The position numbers and the translations under genes were made by a program. The notes below the pieces were generated by a model. That model worked only from the letters and a program-made list of their open reading frames with translations. It was not told the DNA's origin and made no database searches. A stretch of 49,285 bases of DNA from Octopus bimaculoides. Its lineage: Eukaryota. Below, piece by piece: positions 1 through 12,209 of the stretch. Location of the stretch: the NCBI RefSeq assembly GCF_001194135.2, contig NC_068991.1:24387810-24437094 (forward strand). Reading direction: 5' to 3'. Position 1 is the first letter of the stretch; every line of letters starts with the position of its first letter.

Positions 1-258
1 GAACCAGACTCCGAGCAATTTAACCGGCCCGTCGGTCCAGCGTCCCACAGTGGAGACGTTGTTAGACGGCATGGGCTTGCTTCTCCAGGTGCCGAGCCGC
101 AAGCCCACTGCCTTATCCCGGTTAATTTTTGCTCCCGTTACCGCTTCGTATTCTTTTAGTCTCTCGCCGACCAGCTCGATGTTCTTTTGGCTCGACACTA
201 TGACGGTGACGTCGTCCGCGTATGAAGACACGCTCGTCCCACATCCCAGCTCTCGTGG
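1..258 (-). mobile_element. Non-LTR retrotransposon (L1/Tx1-like) reverse transcriptase fragment, 5'-truncated at a (GATA)n/(GA)n microsatellite and running off the left edge
   Basis: Open 86-codon frame PRELGCGTSVSSYADDVTVIVSSQKNIELVGERLKEYEAVTGAKINRDKAVGLRLGTW...VKLLGVWF. The YADD catalytic motif is at 211-222, followed by the G-KIN-K and LG motifs of non-LTR RT. GC-rich compared with the flanks. Confidence 0.88.
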
Positions 259-328
<70 letters not shown>

Positions 329-616
329 CATACACATACATACATATGCATGTGTGTGTATTATTTATGCATGTATATATACATATGTATATACATACAT
401 ATGTGTATATGTATATATGTGTGTGAGCGTGTGTGTGTTTGTGTGTGTGCGTGTGTGTGTGTGTATGTATGTATATAGTCTCTTCTCCTACCCCTATTTC
501 TCTCTTACTGTGTGTGTGAGTGTAGCGTTCATTGACTCATTGCTTGCCACCAAGCCTTATATGTGCACTCATCCTGAATTTCTTGTGTTAACTCCCTCCA
601 TATCTTTCTTTTACTT

Positions 617-713
<97 letters not shown>

Positions 714-760
714 CTTTATATATCTCTTTCTCTCTCTCTCTATATATATATATATACAAG
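259..760. repeat. Compound microsatellite block: (GATA)n, (GA)n, (TACA)n, (TG)n, (CT)n, (TA)n
   Basis: Directly visible simple repeats. They explain the low-complexity ORFs 122-337 and 354-818. Confidence 0.97.
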
Positions 761-1221
761 ATTTAAAGCGTGGCTGGAGAAATTAACCAACCACCCAACC
801 TCGGCAAAGTTGTTTTAGTGAATATCATTACCACTTAATGTTTCCTTCTTTCTCTTCCTCCTCCTCCTCTGCTTCGTCCTCGTCCTCCTTTTCCTCCACC
901 TCTTCCTATATTATTCTCATTCTTCATTATGTCCAAGCTTCTCATACAATAGTCTCGTTTATTAATTGCTAAGCAGGGTGGCGTCATTTGAAGGCTAAAA
1001 GAATGAAGAAAACACATTGTGACCAGGTTTGCCAAACGTATTTTCATGAAAGTACCAGATTTAGCAAAATAAAAGTACCAAATTTTGCTCAAAAAGTACC
1101 AAAATTTTAATTTGTAATATTTTGCCTAAAAATCAACTGAAATGCATAATATATATCATTTATAATATACAGGGCTTGATTTTAAAGTGACCTACACATA
1201 TTTAATGTACCTACTTTATAA

Positions 1222-3542
1222 TTAGAATGTTGCATCATCAATAGGGTGAGGTCCCTCTTTGTACCAATGTCCCCGTCCTTCTTTTAATTTAGCACAAAGC
1301 TCTGCACCGGGTGTATAAGTTGTGCAGTTTACATCATGAAGAAAACATTTTGAATGTAGCAGAGCATTGATTGTTTGGGTATGCAGTTTAGACCTATTCT
1401 TGGCTTTAATGTTATTTAGGACTGAAAATATTCTCTCGGCTGCAACTGAAGAACGTGGTAATGACAGGAGCTGAAACATAAAGTATGATAGGACCGGATA
1501 ACGAGCTTCATCTCCATATTTTTCCTTGGAAATTTTATACCCATAATCTTCTGGTTTGGTAGCTTCAGCTATGTCATTGTTATCTTGAAGTTTAAGTTCT
1601 CTCCATTCTTATTTAAGAGCTTCAATCTGACTCTCTTGAACAATATTTTGAAATTTGCATGCCAGAGGAACAATCACGAATACTAACTGGTTACGAAAGA
1701 AATCATGTACAAAGCACTGAAAAAATTCCTTCCCAAGGCGCACCTAAAAATTTAATGTTTTCACATGAAATTGTTTCAATTCAGTTGTACTAATAGATGA
1801 AACTTTCTTTATGTAGATGCTTTCAACTTTTGCTCCACTGGGAAGATACACTGATGATAATTTCATGTAGCTCTTTATTTTTCACAATTTCTTTTTAATA
1901 AAATTGCCAAGTATTCCCTTAACAGTATATGTAATAGATAAGGCGGTGAGCTGGCAGAAATGTTAGCACGCCGAGGTCGACTTTGCCTTTCATCATCCTT
2001 TCGGGGTCGATAAATTAAGTACCAGTTACGCACTGAGGTCGATGTAATCGACTTAATCCTTTTGTTTGTCCTTGTTTGTCCCTTCTATGATTAGCCCCTT
2101 GTGGGCAATAAAGAAATAAGAAATGTTAGCACGCCAGGTGAAATGCTTAGCGGTATTTCGTCTGTCTTTACATTCTGAGTTCAAATTCTACCGAGGTCGA
2201 CTTTGCCTTTCATCCTTTCGAGGTCGATAAATTAAATATCAGTTGAGTACTGGGGTCGATCTAATCCACTGGCTCCCTCCCCCAAAATTTCGGGCCTTGT
2301 GCCTAGAGTAGAAAAGAGTATATGTAATAGATTTGTGTATTCTATAGCTTTCTAATTGGAAATCGAAGTTCAGCTTAATATCTGGCAAAACATATGCTAA
2401 AAATGCATCTCTGTGATTGGATTTGTTAATGAGTTCAACACATTTGAAGCTGAAGTGTTGTTATCTTCAACAGCAGCAGTAGTAAAGAATAACACTAGAG
2501 CAGGCCACTGTTCTAGTATTCTTTTGACTTGTTCTAAAGATAGCCACCTTGTACAACTTACATGATTTATGAGAATTTGTTTGAGCAAATGCCTGAAATT
2601 CTTCATATTCTTGCAGTCTCTTTAGGCTATTTGAGAGGAATGAATATATGCTTCTAGCAAGTACTTCTAAAATGTAGGTAATTCTGAACATGCCTTTGAT
2701 GCACAGATACGCATAGAGTGACAGACACAACCCTGGATAAAGAGAGAGGGAACTTTGCTTTTCAGTAATGCCTGCACACTCCACTTCTGTCCAATCATTA
2801 CACTAGCATTGTCACTGGCAAATCTTATCAAATTTTCAAAAGGAATATCATGTAAGGTGAAGAATCTTTCAATAGAGGAAAAAATTCCATTAGCAGAGCA
2901 ATCCTTGGCTTCCAAAAGAATTAAATAATTATCAATAATTTTTTGAGCGCTACAATCATAAAATCTAGCTAACAGAACAAGCTGTTTTTTGTACTTACAT
3001 CAGTAGTTTCCTCATCGATTAATGAAAACTTGCACTCTTTTAACTGTTTAATAAGGTTTTCAGAGTAATACATTTTTATATATTTGAGTAGCTTTGGTTC
3101 TAGCACATTTAATATTTTTAGCTATTTGTAATCAGGACATGCATAAATGATCCATAAGTCTCATTGGTGAGTTATGTTCTGCAATGAAGAAATAAAGCTT
3201 AAGCGCCGCAGCAGCTATGTTTGTAATATAAACAGAAGTTTCAGGCTGCAATAAGTCGGCCAGTTTCCCACTTTTATTTTCTGAATTAGAATTTTTAATA
3301 CGTTTATCCGTTTTACCGTGCCTCGCCAGATGAGTTACACTGCCTTGAATTTCACAACGACAAAATTTACAGTATGTTCTTTCGATATTTGTTTTACTTG
3401 GTTCTAACCATGAAGAAAGTCGAGAATCCAATAAACGTTTGTTCGATAATTTATGATTATATTGTTTAATTCTTTTCTTTGGTGGAGTTAAACCCAAGTC
3501 AATTTCATCACTGCTTTTATCTTTCGTATTCTTGCTGATCAT
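1222..3542 (-). pseudogene. Fragmented hAT transposase
   Basis: BED-like zinc finger YCKFCRCEI...HLARHGKTDKR (3132-3542). Catalytic-region FASDNASVMIG and CVCHS (2667-2915). TRWLSLEQVKRILEQWPAL (2397-2606). C-terminal dimerisation motif LLSLPRSSVAAERIFSVLNNIKAKNRSKL (1222-1479). Multiple stops, frameshifts and a SINE insertion. Confidence 0.9.
1940..2316 (+). mobile_element. Chimeric two-module tRNA-derived SINE inserted into the hAT transposase
   Basis: Perfect 16-bp TSD AGTATATGTAATAGAT (1924-1939 / 2317-2332). Two copies of the GAGGTCGACTTTGCCTTTCATC...TCGATAAATTAA body, the same family as 34278-34504. Confidence 0.9.
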
Positions 3543-6500
3543 GAGGGTTATAAACGACTCGTAATAAAAGTTTAACGTGATAGTAAGGAAGCACTTGTCA
3601 CTTATGTATAAAAGATGCTACTGACTTGCATTAGAGGCGCAAGCCGGTGATATGTACGATATACGTTCTGAATACGTTCTACACCAACTAGCTACCAATT
3701 AGCTATAAACTACCTCGTTATAACATGTTGCAAAATATATTTTGATATAAAATAGTTAGTCCAGTAGTAATGTAATGTATTTATTGTTACATTGTTATTT
3801 TTTTTACATACAGCGAAAAAATTTGAAAAAAGTACAAAATAATTGCAGGGTAGCACCAAAAGTATTACCGCACACCAAAAATACCAAATTTGGTACAATA
3901 GTACCAGGTTCGGCAAGCCTGATTCTGACCAACGATGTGTAACAACTCCTGATAGCCTAATCGGTTGTGTGATCATCTAATGTGTGTGAGAGAAAGAGGA
4001 GGTGAGAAGGGGGAGAGAGAGAGATACTGGTGAAAAGTCTGTGAAGGTTACATAATTGGTATAAAGCCCGGAAATACAAAAAATATATAAAGGAAAACAA
4101 GTGAAGGTGTAAGTACGGAGAAAAATAGGAAAAAATAGAGAAAATTTATGGTAACAGACTGATGAAAAATTATATAAAAACCACTGTTGAAGAGCCTGTG
4201 AAGGCTACATAATTGGAACATAGTCCGGGAAGGTAGAAGCTAATTTTTAAAAAGCAGGCAAATGTGTAAGCACGTGTAGAGGTTTAAAACAAAGGTGGGG
4301 AGATATATAGCGGAAAAAAGGTGGAGTAATCAAGGAAAAAGTATTTATACACGGTTGGGGAGCCCTAAGATTTTTAATTGGTAAAATCCTGTTGTGAATT
4401 CCAGAGAAAAGTTGCCTGGGAAGAAACAGCCGGGAAAACTGGAGTTGGAACTGTGTGGTGTGGCGATTCGTGTGGTGAAGAGAAAAGAGATAGAAAGAGA
4501 AAAAGAGACAGAAAGAGAAAAATGAAAAAGGTGTGCTCTTTGACTTGAAAAAATTCTTGATACAGTTAAAATATTTGGAGAGGTATTTTCTTAATTTGGA
4601 ATTATTAATTATATTTAAAAAATCTTTAAAAAAAAAAAGAATGACACAAACTTTATGGAAGGAAGTTTTCATGTTGAGTTGAGCACTTTTCGCTGTTTTT
4701 ATCTATTCAAACACGTGCGCGCGCACACACACATTTATGCTTACAATATGAACAGTGAGGTAATAGACAAGCTATCCTCGAACATCTGAGCCGTAATAGT
4801 CATATATAGACTTAGGCTGAAAACGAAGTTTAGTGGAAGCAGTGGGATGATGAACGAAGGCTGCGGAGATGAGAGAAAGTGATAGAGAAAGTGGGAGACG
4901 AGGTATACATTAAGAAGACCAGTTAAGTTTGGTTGTAAGTCGGTTTATATTAATAAGGGGTCTTTAGTATTCTCCTCTGCTAATCATATCCCATAAAATG
5001 AAAACGAAACGAAATCACTTTTGTGTGATAGCATACTTTCAGTCGAAGAACAGATTTCTTGTTACAATTTAACAATTATCATTTATATTGAAAATAATTA
5101 TGAGGAATGCATTCATCGTTTTTAATTATTCACCCTGGAAATGATTCATTAGAATCTCTTTGTCTCAATTATGAAGAAATAGTGAACTTCTGAAAATTGC
5201 GTGCCACAATTAAATCATGGAGGAATCAATTCTAACACATTTCCAAGTCAGTGAATAGAAATATATATTCTGAATATGAATATGAATTGATAGGAATGTT
5301 AATAGTCTTGTATTGTAATAGTGAGACGAGACTCCAGTTAATAGTTTATATATTAGCTTCGACTGCACAATCTTTATTAAATTTCCTTATTAAGAGCCAA
5401 TGAAGGGACCCCTTTAAGGTAGCTAGATCTACTAGAAATAGCAGTCAAATTTCCCTCATTTACCATCCAACCGTCTTAAAAATAAAGAAGGAAGACACAC
5501 AAAATAACCTACTCCGGAACACAATATGTCTGGCAGGGGAGACGAAATGGCCATGGCTAGAATGTCATTGATCATGGGGTCTACGGTGGGAGGAAGACAA
5601 GAAGGAACCTATCTACAACCGTTGCCTTAGTTCTAATGCTTGCGACAGAATGGAATCCTCTACTTAAGCCCCCAACCTACTGCAGAAACCGTGTGGTGGT
5701 GTTCAATCGTGAGATATATTATGTCTACCAGCCACATACACCACAGTATGCTAGAACAAATATTACAAGGCCTCAAATCCGTCGCTTTGGCGACCTCACC
5801 AATCCACAACCCTGAACTTGTACTTTATTTTATTAATATTGGAACGACGAAGGACATTGTTGGATTCACTTGGATTTGAACCAAGAGCGCAACGGGCTGG
5901 AATACATACTGCAAAGCATCAAATCCGACGCTCTTACGTTTCCGCTAGTCTACTACTGTATATTTGTATTTTATGTTACTGACTCCGAAAGAATGAAAAG
6001 CAAAGTTGATCTCAGCTGGAGTTGAACTTAGAACGCAAAAGTACCAAAATTAATACAGCAAGGCATTTCGTCCGACTCAGCCTATTCGCCGCCTTAATCA
6101 GAAGAGGAGGGCCTATCCCCGTTAATCAGTCTCATCAATCAAGACTGATTGGATATAGTTGTTTTCAGATCAGAAATTTCGCACGAACTCTTGATACAGA
6201 GCATAACTCCTCTAAAGATAAGCAAGAACCATATTACCAGATTGTGGTGTTAAAACGGGATTTAGACTATGTGTAACCGTTATTTGATACTGTACTGAGT
6301 CAACTAATTCATTCTCAAACACACATCACCCAACACATACATGAAAAACAAAACGATATTGATTTATTTTCAGACTTGTTTTATGATTTCCAACGTAGGT
6401 GCACCGACGCACACTATGAAAGGGGTTCATGATCGATTAGATCAACTCTAACATGAGATTGGTTCTTATTTTATTGTAGACAAAGATGGAAGACAAGCTC

Positions 6501-6692
6501 AATTCTGGAGAGATTGAAACTTGGAATGTAAAGGGTCAGATATAACTAACACCACAAGACACTTCGTCTGGAACTGCTATTTATTCTGCATTCTAACGCC
6601 CTCCCAAAATTTCTTTACATGACAGATAACATCTCTGATAACAAGTGAAATTAACCAACACTGATACAACAGAAATCCTTGTTTGCCAAATG

Positions 6693-6696
<4 letters not shown>

Positions 6697-6729
<33 letters not shown>

Positions 6730-6768
6730 CCACCACCACCACCATTATCATCATCGTCGTCGTCGTCG

Positions 6769-6820
<52 letters not shown>

Positions 6821-6836
6821 TATTATTATTATCATT
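6697..6836. repeat. Compound trinucleotide repeat (ATC/ACC/GTC/ATT)n
   Basis: Visible repeat. It produces the poly-M, poly-I and poly-D ORFs at 6593-7031. Confidence 0.97.
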
Positions 6837-7789
6837 GTGGTGAAAAGATCTAAGAATGATAAGAAACTGCTGAGTCAGGAAAGAGATAAAACCTATGAAA
6901 TGTTTGATAAAGTAAGAAACAGAAGAGGAAGCATAAACACAGAGTGGGGCGGAAATAAAGGTTAGAGATAAGATGTTGTGAAACAACAATGTAGAGAATG
7001 CATGATGTCGCCTCTTATTGAAACGATGCAATTTATTGATTCATAAGAATGGAACTAAACATCGACAGATCAGTTTTATGGAATCTTAAATTAGCTTCTA
7101 GAGAAACGAAATATGTAAGACAAATGAATGACTAGGAGGCGGGGAAATTTCCTAAGTACGCCTTCTGCATTAAAAATCAAATGACTGGGCGTTAATAAAG
7201 GCTGTTGTTATAACAACTTTATGAAGAATAAATGAGATACTAACAAAGTTTGTGTGCAATGTTGTTTAGGAAAAACTCATGTGTGTGTTTGTTTGTGTGT
7301 ATGTACGTACATGTTGAGTTTGTACGTGTGTGTGTGTGTTTGCAAGTACGTGCATATACATATGCATCCTTATTAAGTAGGAGTTCTTCAATTGAGAAAA
7401 GGATAGAAATGGTCCAAATGAATGCATAGTTCTTGAGAAGAATAATGTTGGACAGAAAGTTTGCACTGTTTCAGCTGCAAAGCATTATCATTCTTATCAC
7501 TACAATCCATTTTCACGAGTACGTGAGTAATTAAAAAATAATACTCGGCATGCATAGACAAAGTGAAGGGGAAATGGATCACATCTTTTAGTATACAGAT
7601 ACAATAAATTCCCTTTTTGGAATAACCATAAGCACTATAGCTATCACTCGCAAACGTGTATGATCTGGTATTAACTACCATGTTTCAGTTAATTCTTTTA
7701 TGTGCTTTTGTAGTCACAAGCAAACACAGACACCCTTTCGTCCCTTCAATCCTCTGTTCTAGTAGGACATGGAGGATGGATAAAAACAA

Positions 7790-7935
7790 AGCTACACTAC
7801 AACTAGGTTGCATTCACTTTCAGCTGTGTAGAATGAAGCACTTTGCTCAAGAAAATAACGCTCCGTCTGGTCCAAGACTCGAGCCCATGACTTTATGATC
7901 ATGAGCCCATCACACTAACCATTAGGCCACGCTTA
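7790..7935 (-). mobile_element. Degraded tRNA-derived SINE head
   Basis: Reverse complement reads GCGTGGCCTAATGGTTAGTGTGATGGGCTCATGATCATAAAGTCATGGGCTCGAGTC (A- and B-box-like). It resembles the head of the copy at 39640-39955. Confidence 0.6.
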
Positions 7936-8415
7936 GTGATTAGGGTTAAAACCTGTTGTAAAGGATAGTATTAGAATTTTGGCGCGTGATTCCTTGTAGA
8001 AACAAACATAACGAACATACGATCTGTTATAGACATAGTAATAGATATATCGTATTTCTGATACGGTCTGCAGAGTTTGCAGTGGTGGCGGTGGGGTGGT
8101 TTTGGTGGGGGGTGGCGGCGGCAAGGGATATTGCCATGTCACGTAAACCGATTAATCTTTCTCGCCTACATTAGAATGAACGAAGCTTGATTACCCGGCA
8201 GTCACGCCTAACCAATGAAACAGTTTTTGTCATAAAACGATTACTTTGTGGTGCTTTTATTTTCATTTTTTTTTTTTTTACTTTTATGGCTGGGGAGCGT
8301 AATTTTTGTCTTTATATTTTTATTATATTTTATTTCACTTTTATTTTGTTATTATTCCATTTCCTCTCACGTCAGCAACTCAGAGAAATCTCTGAGAATG
8401 AAACCCAAAATTAAT

Positions 8416-8488
8416 TATTATTAAAGAGAAGTACCTATCCGACAACTGCAGGACAGAAGAGGTAATATACCTTCCAAATTTGATACTT
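8416..8488. repeat. 73-bp direct repeat, copy 1 (copy 2 at 9566-9638)
   Basis: TATTATTAAAGAGAAGTACCTATCCGACAACTGCAGGACA(G/T)AAGAGGTAATATACCTTCCAAATTTGATACTT; one mismatch between the copies. Confidence 0.92.
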
Positions 8489-8744
8489 CCACATATAACG
8501 CTTGCGCAAGTATATACGCATATTTATACACAAGCGCGCACACGCACACACAAACACACATAGACATACACACACATACACGTAAGCACAATCGGAGAAT
8601 AGTAAAGTTTATAGAATTCTTAAATCACTTTGTTTCTAATGGTATGCCTGTCCGTCTGCCTGTCAAATTCTACGTATGCATGCATGCATATGCGTGTGTG
8701 TGAGTGTGTTTATTTCTGTTTGTATGTATGCATGTATATCTGTA

Positions 8745-8799
<55 letters not shown>

Positions 8800-9565
8800 G
8801 TATGCATGCATGTATGTATGTATGTATGTATGTATGTATGTATGTATGTATGCATGTATGTATGTAGCGGGCTGGATGTGATGTGCCATATCAGGTTGAT
8901 ATGATATAGCTCACTTCTGAATGTATCGTATAAGTGTAATGCTGCAAGGTTCTCGCGAAGAATCAACATCGCGAAGAATCAACACCAAGAAGGAAGAAAT
9001 ATTATTTACATATGTTTATTCGTTTGCCCGGCAGGTAGTTAAATAGACAGTAGCAATTCTAGTGATAGTAACATGGATGGCTCGCTGGTTAGTAGTTGAT
9101 AGTGTAGAAAAAGGTTGTCTGTCAGTAGAAAGTGAAAGAGTAAGGAATGCACGGTGCTGACTAGAAAGGAAGAAAGAATAAAGGTGGCATCGTCTTTCTT
9201 GCGACCGAAAGGGGAAGTGCTGCTCTTGGTCATGGCAAAAGAGCGTGCTGCTCCTTGGTCTCACTGACACAAAAGAGCGAATGTTGCTCCTTGGTCATAG
9301 CTGAGACATAAGAGAAAGAGATAGGGAATTTTCTCTGTTATATAGACTATGGTCAGTAATGTAGGTCAAACCTTAAACAAAGGACTGACCTTTCCTTGAT
9401 CAGCACAGGTCCTAGGGGGTCGAGTGTTTCCTCATCAATCATATAGTATGGAGGATTTCACTCCCGTTTTGACAAGCAACAAGCGGGTGAATTTGGTTTC
9501 AAATCTCAGGCAGGGTCAAGTTAAGTGCCTACATATATATGTGTGTGTGTGTAAGTATGTATGTG

Positions 9566-9638
9566 TATTATTAAAGAGAAGTACCTATCCGACAACTGCA
9601 GGACATAAGAGGTAATATACCTTCCAAATTTGATACTT
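9566..9638. repeat. 73-bp direct repeat, copy 2
   Basis: 72/73 identical to 8416-8488. Confidence 0.92.
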
Positions 9639-9730
9639 GTATGTGTATTTATGTGTGTATATGTGTATATTTGTGTGTGTGTGTGTAATATATATAAAAT
9701 CAAAATAAGCAACAGGATATCCAGAGGTGA

Positions 9731-9816
9731 TGCAGTACGACCGTTTCAAGCGGCTCCATTTAATTGAACAATGCAATCATTACATCAATTTAAATGCAGA
9801 GCTAAACTCAGCTGCA
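9731..9816 (-). ncRNA. Degenerate type-I hammerhead ribozyme relic with a long stem II
   Basis: Minus strand: TGCAG-CTGA[core damaged]...GCTC..CATTTAAATTGA/TCAATTAAATG-GAGC...GAAA-CGGTCG-TA-CTGCA. Stem I is TGCAG/CTGCA, stem III is near-palindromic, and the triplet is GUA. The CUGANGA box is incomplete. Confidence 0.5.
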
Positions 9817-10409
9817 CAAATAAATAAATAAATAGAATTAATTTAAACAGTCGGACACATTCGTATAATTTTACTTAAATCTTCTAAGAGGGTAAGAAGA
9901 CAAAGTCCATAGTGTTTTCACTTCAGCTTAGAAGCTACTAAGACATCAGGAAAAAAACAGAAACTTGTTAGGGTTCTAGCTTGTCACTGATTTTTGAGGT
10001 CGGTTATGATTTAGTCCTAGTTTATCAAATCTTAGTATATCAAAATCTAAGACAATAGAGCAGTGTCTGTTAAGAAAGGACATGAGGGAGATGACAGAAT
10101 CATAGTGGGTATAGTCATAAAACTTGTCAAGATTATTTTGAAGTAGTATAAAGTAACTGGCTATAATGAGGTTTTGAAATTGTACAGATAATACCGCACT
10201 AATTTTTGGTGCTTCAACTTAAGTACTTAATTCATCTGAATCTCAATTATTTTGCTTATATATATATATATATATATATATACAAGAGTTAAGGAATGGG
10301 TTGAATCTTCCATGTCTTAACATGTACCTCCTTGCGACAATGTAAACTTTTATTTAATCAAGATATCCTTGTCGTGAAGAATAGCCCGTGGTATACACCT
10401 CGCTTGGAT

Positions 10410-10949
10410 NNNNNNNNNNNNNNNNNNNNNNNNNNNNNNNNNNNNNNNNNNNNNNNNNNNNNNNNNNNNNNNNNNNNNNNNNNNNNNNNNNNNNNNNNNN
10501 NNNNNNNNNNNNNNNNNNNNNNNNNNNNNNNNNNNNNNNNNNNNNNNNNNNNNNNNNNNNNNNNNNNNNNNNNNNNNNNNNNNNNNNNNNNNNNNNNNNN
10601 NNNNNNNNNNNNNNNNNNNNNNNNNNNNNNNNNNNNNNNNNNNNNNNNNNNNNNNNNNNNNNNNNNNNNNNNNNNNNNNNNNNNNNNNNNNNNNNNNNNN
10701 NNNNNNNNNNNNNNNNNNNNNNNNNNNNNNNNNNNNNNNNNNNNNNNNNNNNNNNNNNNNNNNNNNNNNNNNNNNNNNNNNNNNNNNNNNNNNNNNNNNN
10801 NNNNNNNNNNNNNNNNNNNNNNNNNNNNNNNNNNNNNNNNNNNNNNNNNNNNNNNNNNNNNNNNNNNNNNNNNNNNNNNNNNNNNNNNNNNNNNNNNNNN
10901 NNNNNNNNNNNNNNNNNNNNNNNNNNNNNNNNNNNNNNNNNNNNNNNNN
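10410..10949. other. Assembly gap (N run). Other gaps: 11542-11914, 13722-13965, 15858-16026, 18363-18372, 22688-22830, 23110-23240
   Basis: Runs of n. ORFs that span them are artefacts. Confidence 1.
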
Positions 10950-11286
10950 TGTGTGTGTGTGTGTGTGCGTGTGTGTGTGTGTGCGTGTGTGTGTGTGTGC
11001 GTGTGTGTGTGTGTACTCTATATACACACACATTATACATGTACGTATATATATATATACACACATACATATAAAAATAGAGCGAAGAGATGAGAAAGAC
11101 AGACAGACTGATTGATTAATTAATTGAGTGATTGATTGATTGATAAACACGCAAATGGGCACACACTAACGCACACACACGCACATATGCATGCGTTTGT
11201 GCGTATATGTACGTATGTGTAAATATATGTGTATAAGCAAGGGGGTACCCCAAAGAAACCGTAATTTTGCAATATTATTTTATCCA

Positions 11287-11321
<35 letters not shown>

Positions 11322-12170
11322 TTTACTTTATATTATACTCATTTATTGTGCTTTTAATTATTAATTTTTCTATATGTGATAGTGGATTTTTATCGATGAG
11401 TTCTTCAAACTTGGTTATTTTCCCTAAAACTATATATTTTATATATATTTTATCTATAAAGCTCAATTTAATTTTAATTTTTTATAAATTGATTTTAATT
11501 GAGTTTTTACCTGTAATTTTGGATTTTGTCCCTAATATTATNNNNNNNNNNNNNNNNNNNNNNNNNNNNNNNNNNNNNNNNNNNNNNNNNNNNNNNNNNN
11601 NNNNNNNNNNNNNNNNNNNNNNNNNNNNNNNNNNNNNNNNNNNNNNNNNNNNNNNNNNNNNNNNNNNNNNNNNNNNNNNNNNNNNNNNNNNNNNNNNNNN
11701 NNNNNNNNNNNNNNNNNNNNNNNNNNNNNNNNNNNNNNNNNNNNNNNNNNNNNNNNNNNNNNNNNNNNNNNNNNNNNNNNNNNNNNNNNNNNNNNNNNNN
11801 NNNNNNNNNNNNNNNNNNNNNNNNNNNNNNNNNNNNNNNNNNNNNNNNNNNNNNNNNNNNNNNNNNNNNNNNNNNNNNNNNNNNNNNNNNNNNNNNNNNN
11901 NNNNNNNNNNNNNNTTTCTTGTATCACCTAACTGTCTGGATGTTTTGTGTTCTAGTCCCATTTTGTATTTATATACGGAATTTTGTCAGTGAACAGGTCG
12001 CGGTCTCAAAGCGACGAAAATATTTTGGCAAATTAAATTTAAATGTCGAAGTGAATCTAACGGTTTTTGTGTGTTTCTTAAATAACTTACAAACACCTTC
12101 CACGCTGCAATTGTTTTCGTTCCAGCACACGATCTCAGATCAGGTCATTTGCTATGCAAGTACATCTCCG

Positions 12171-12209
<39 letters not shown>

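Larger units (their letters stand above)
1024..3921 (-). mobile_element. Decayed hAT-superfamily DNA transposon with both termini
   Basis: Imperfect 16-bp TIRs: CAGGTTTGCCAAACGT at 1024 versus CAGGCTTGCCGAACCT (reverse complement, ending 3921). 8-bp TSD ATTGTGAC (1016-1023) / ATTCTGAC (3922-3929). Subterminal AAAGTACCA-like repeats at both ends. Internal transposase remnants. Confidence 0.9.

Noticed and set aside
354-818. 154-aa ORF and similar [12 protein letters not shown] ORFs elsewhere (8630-8969, 15127-15405, 22949-23293)
   Set aside because: They are translations of di- and tetranucleotide microsatellites.
4247-4672. 141-aa minus-strand ORF
   Set aside because: Biased F/L/S composition from a purine-rich opposite strand; no motif recognised.
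6593-7031. Poly-Met, poly-Ile and poly-Asp ORFs
   Set aside because: They are reading frames of an (ATC)n repeat with no domain or splice support.
10332-12173. Long ORFs spanning N runs
   Set aside because: They appear open only because N codons are not stops.
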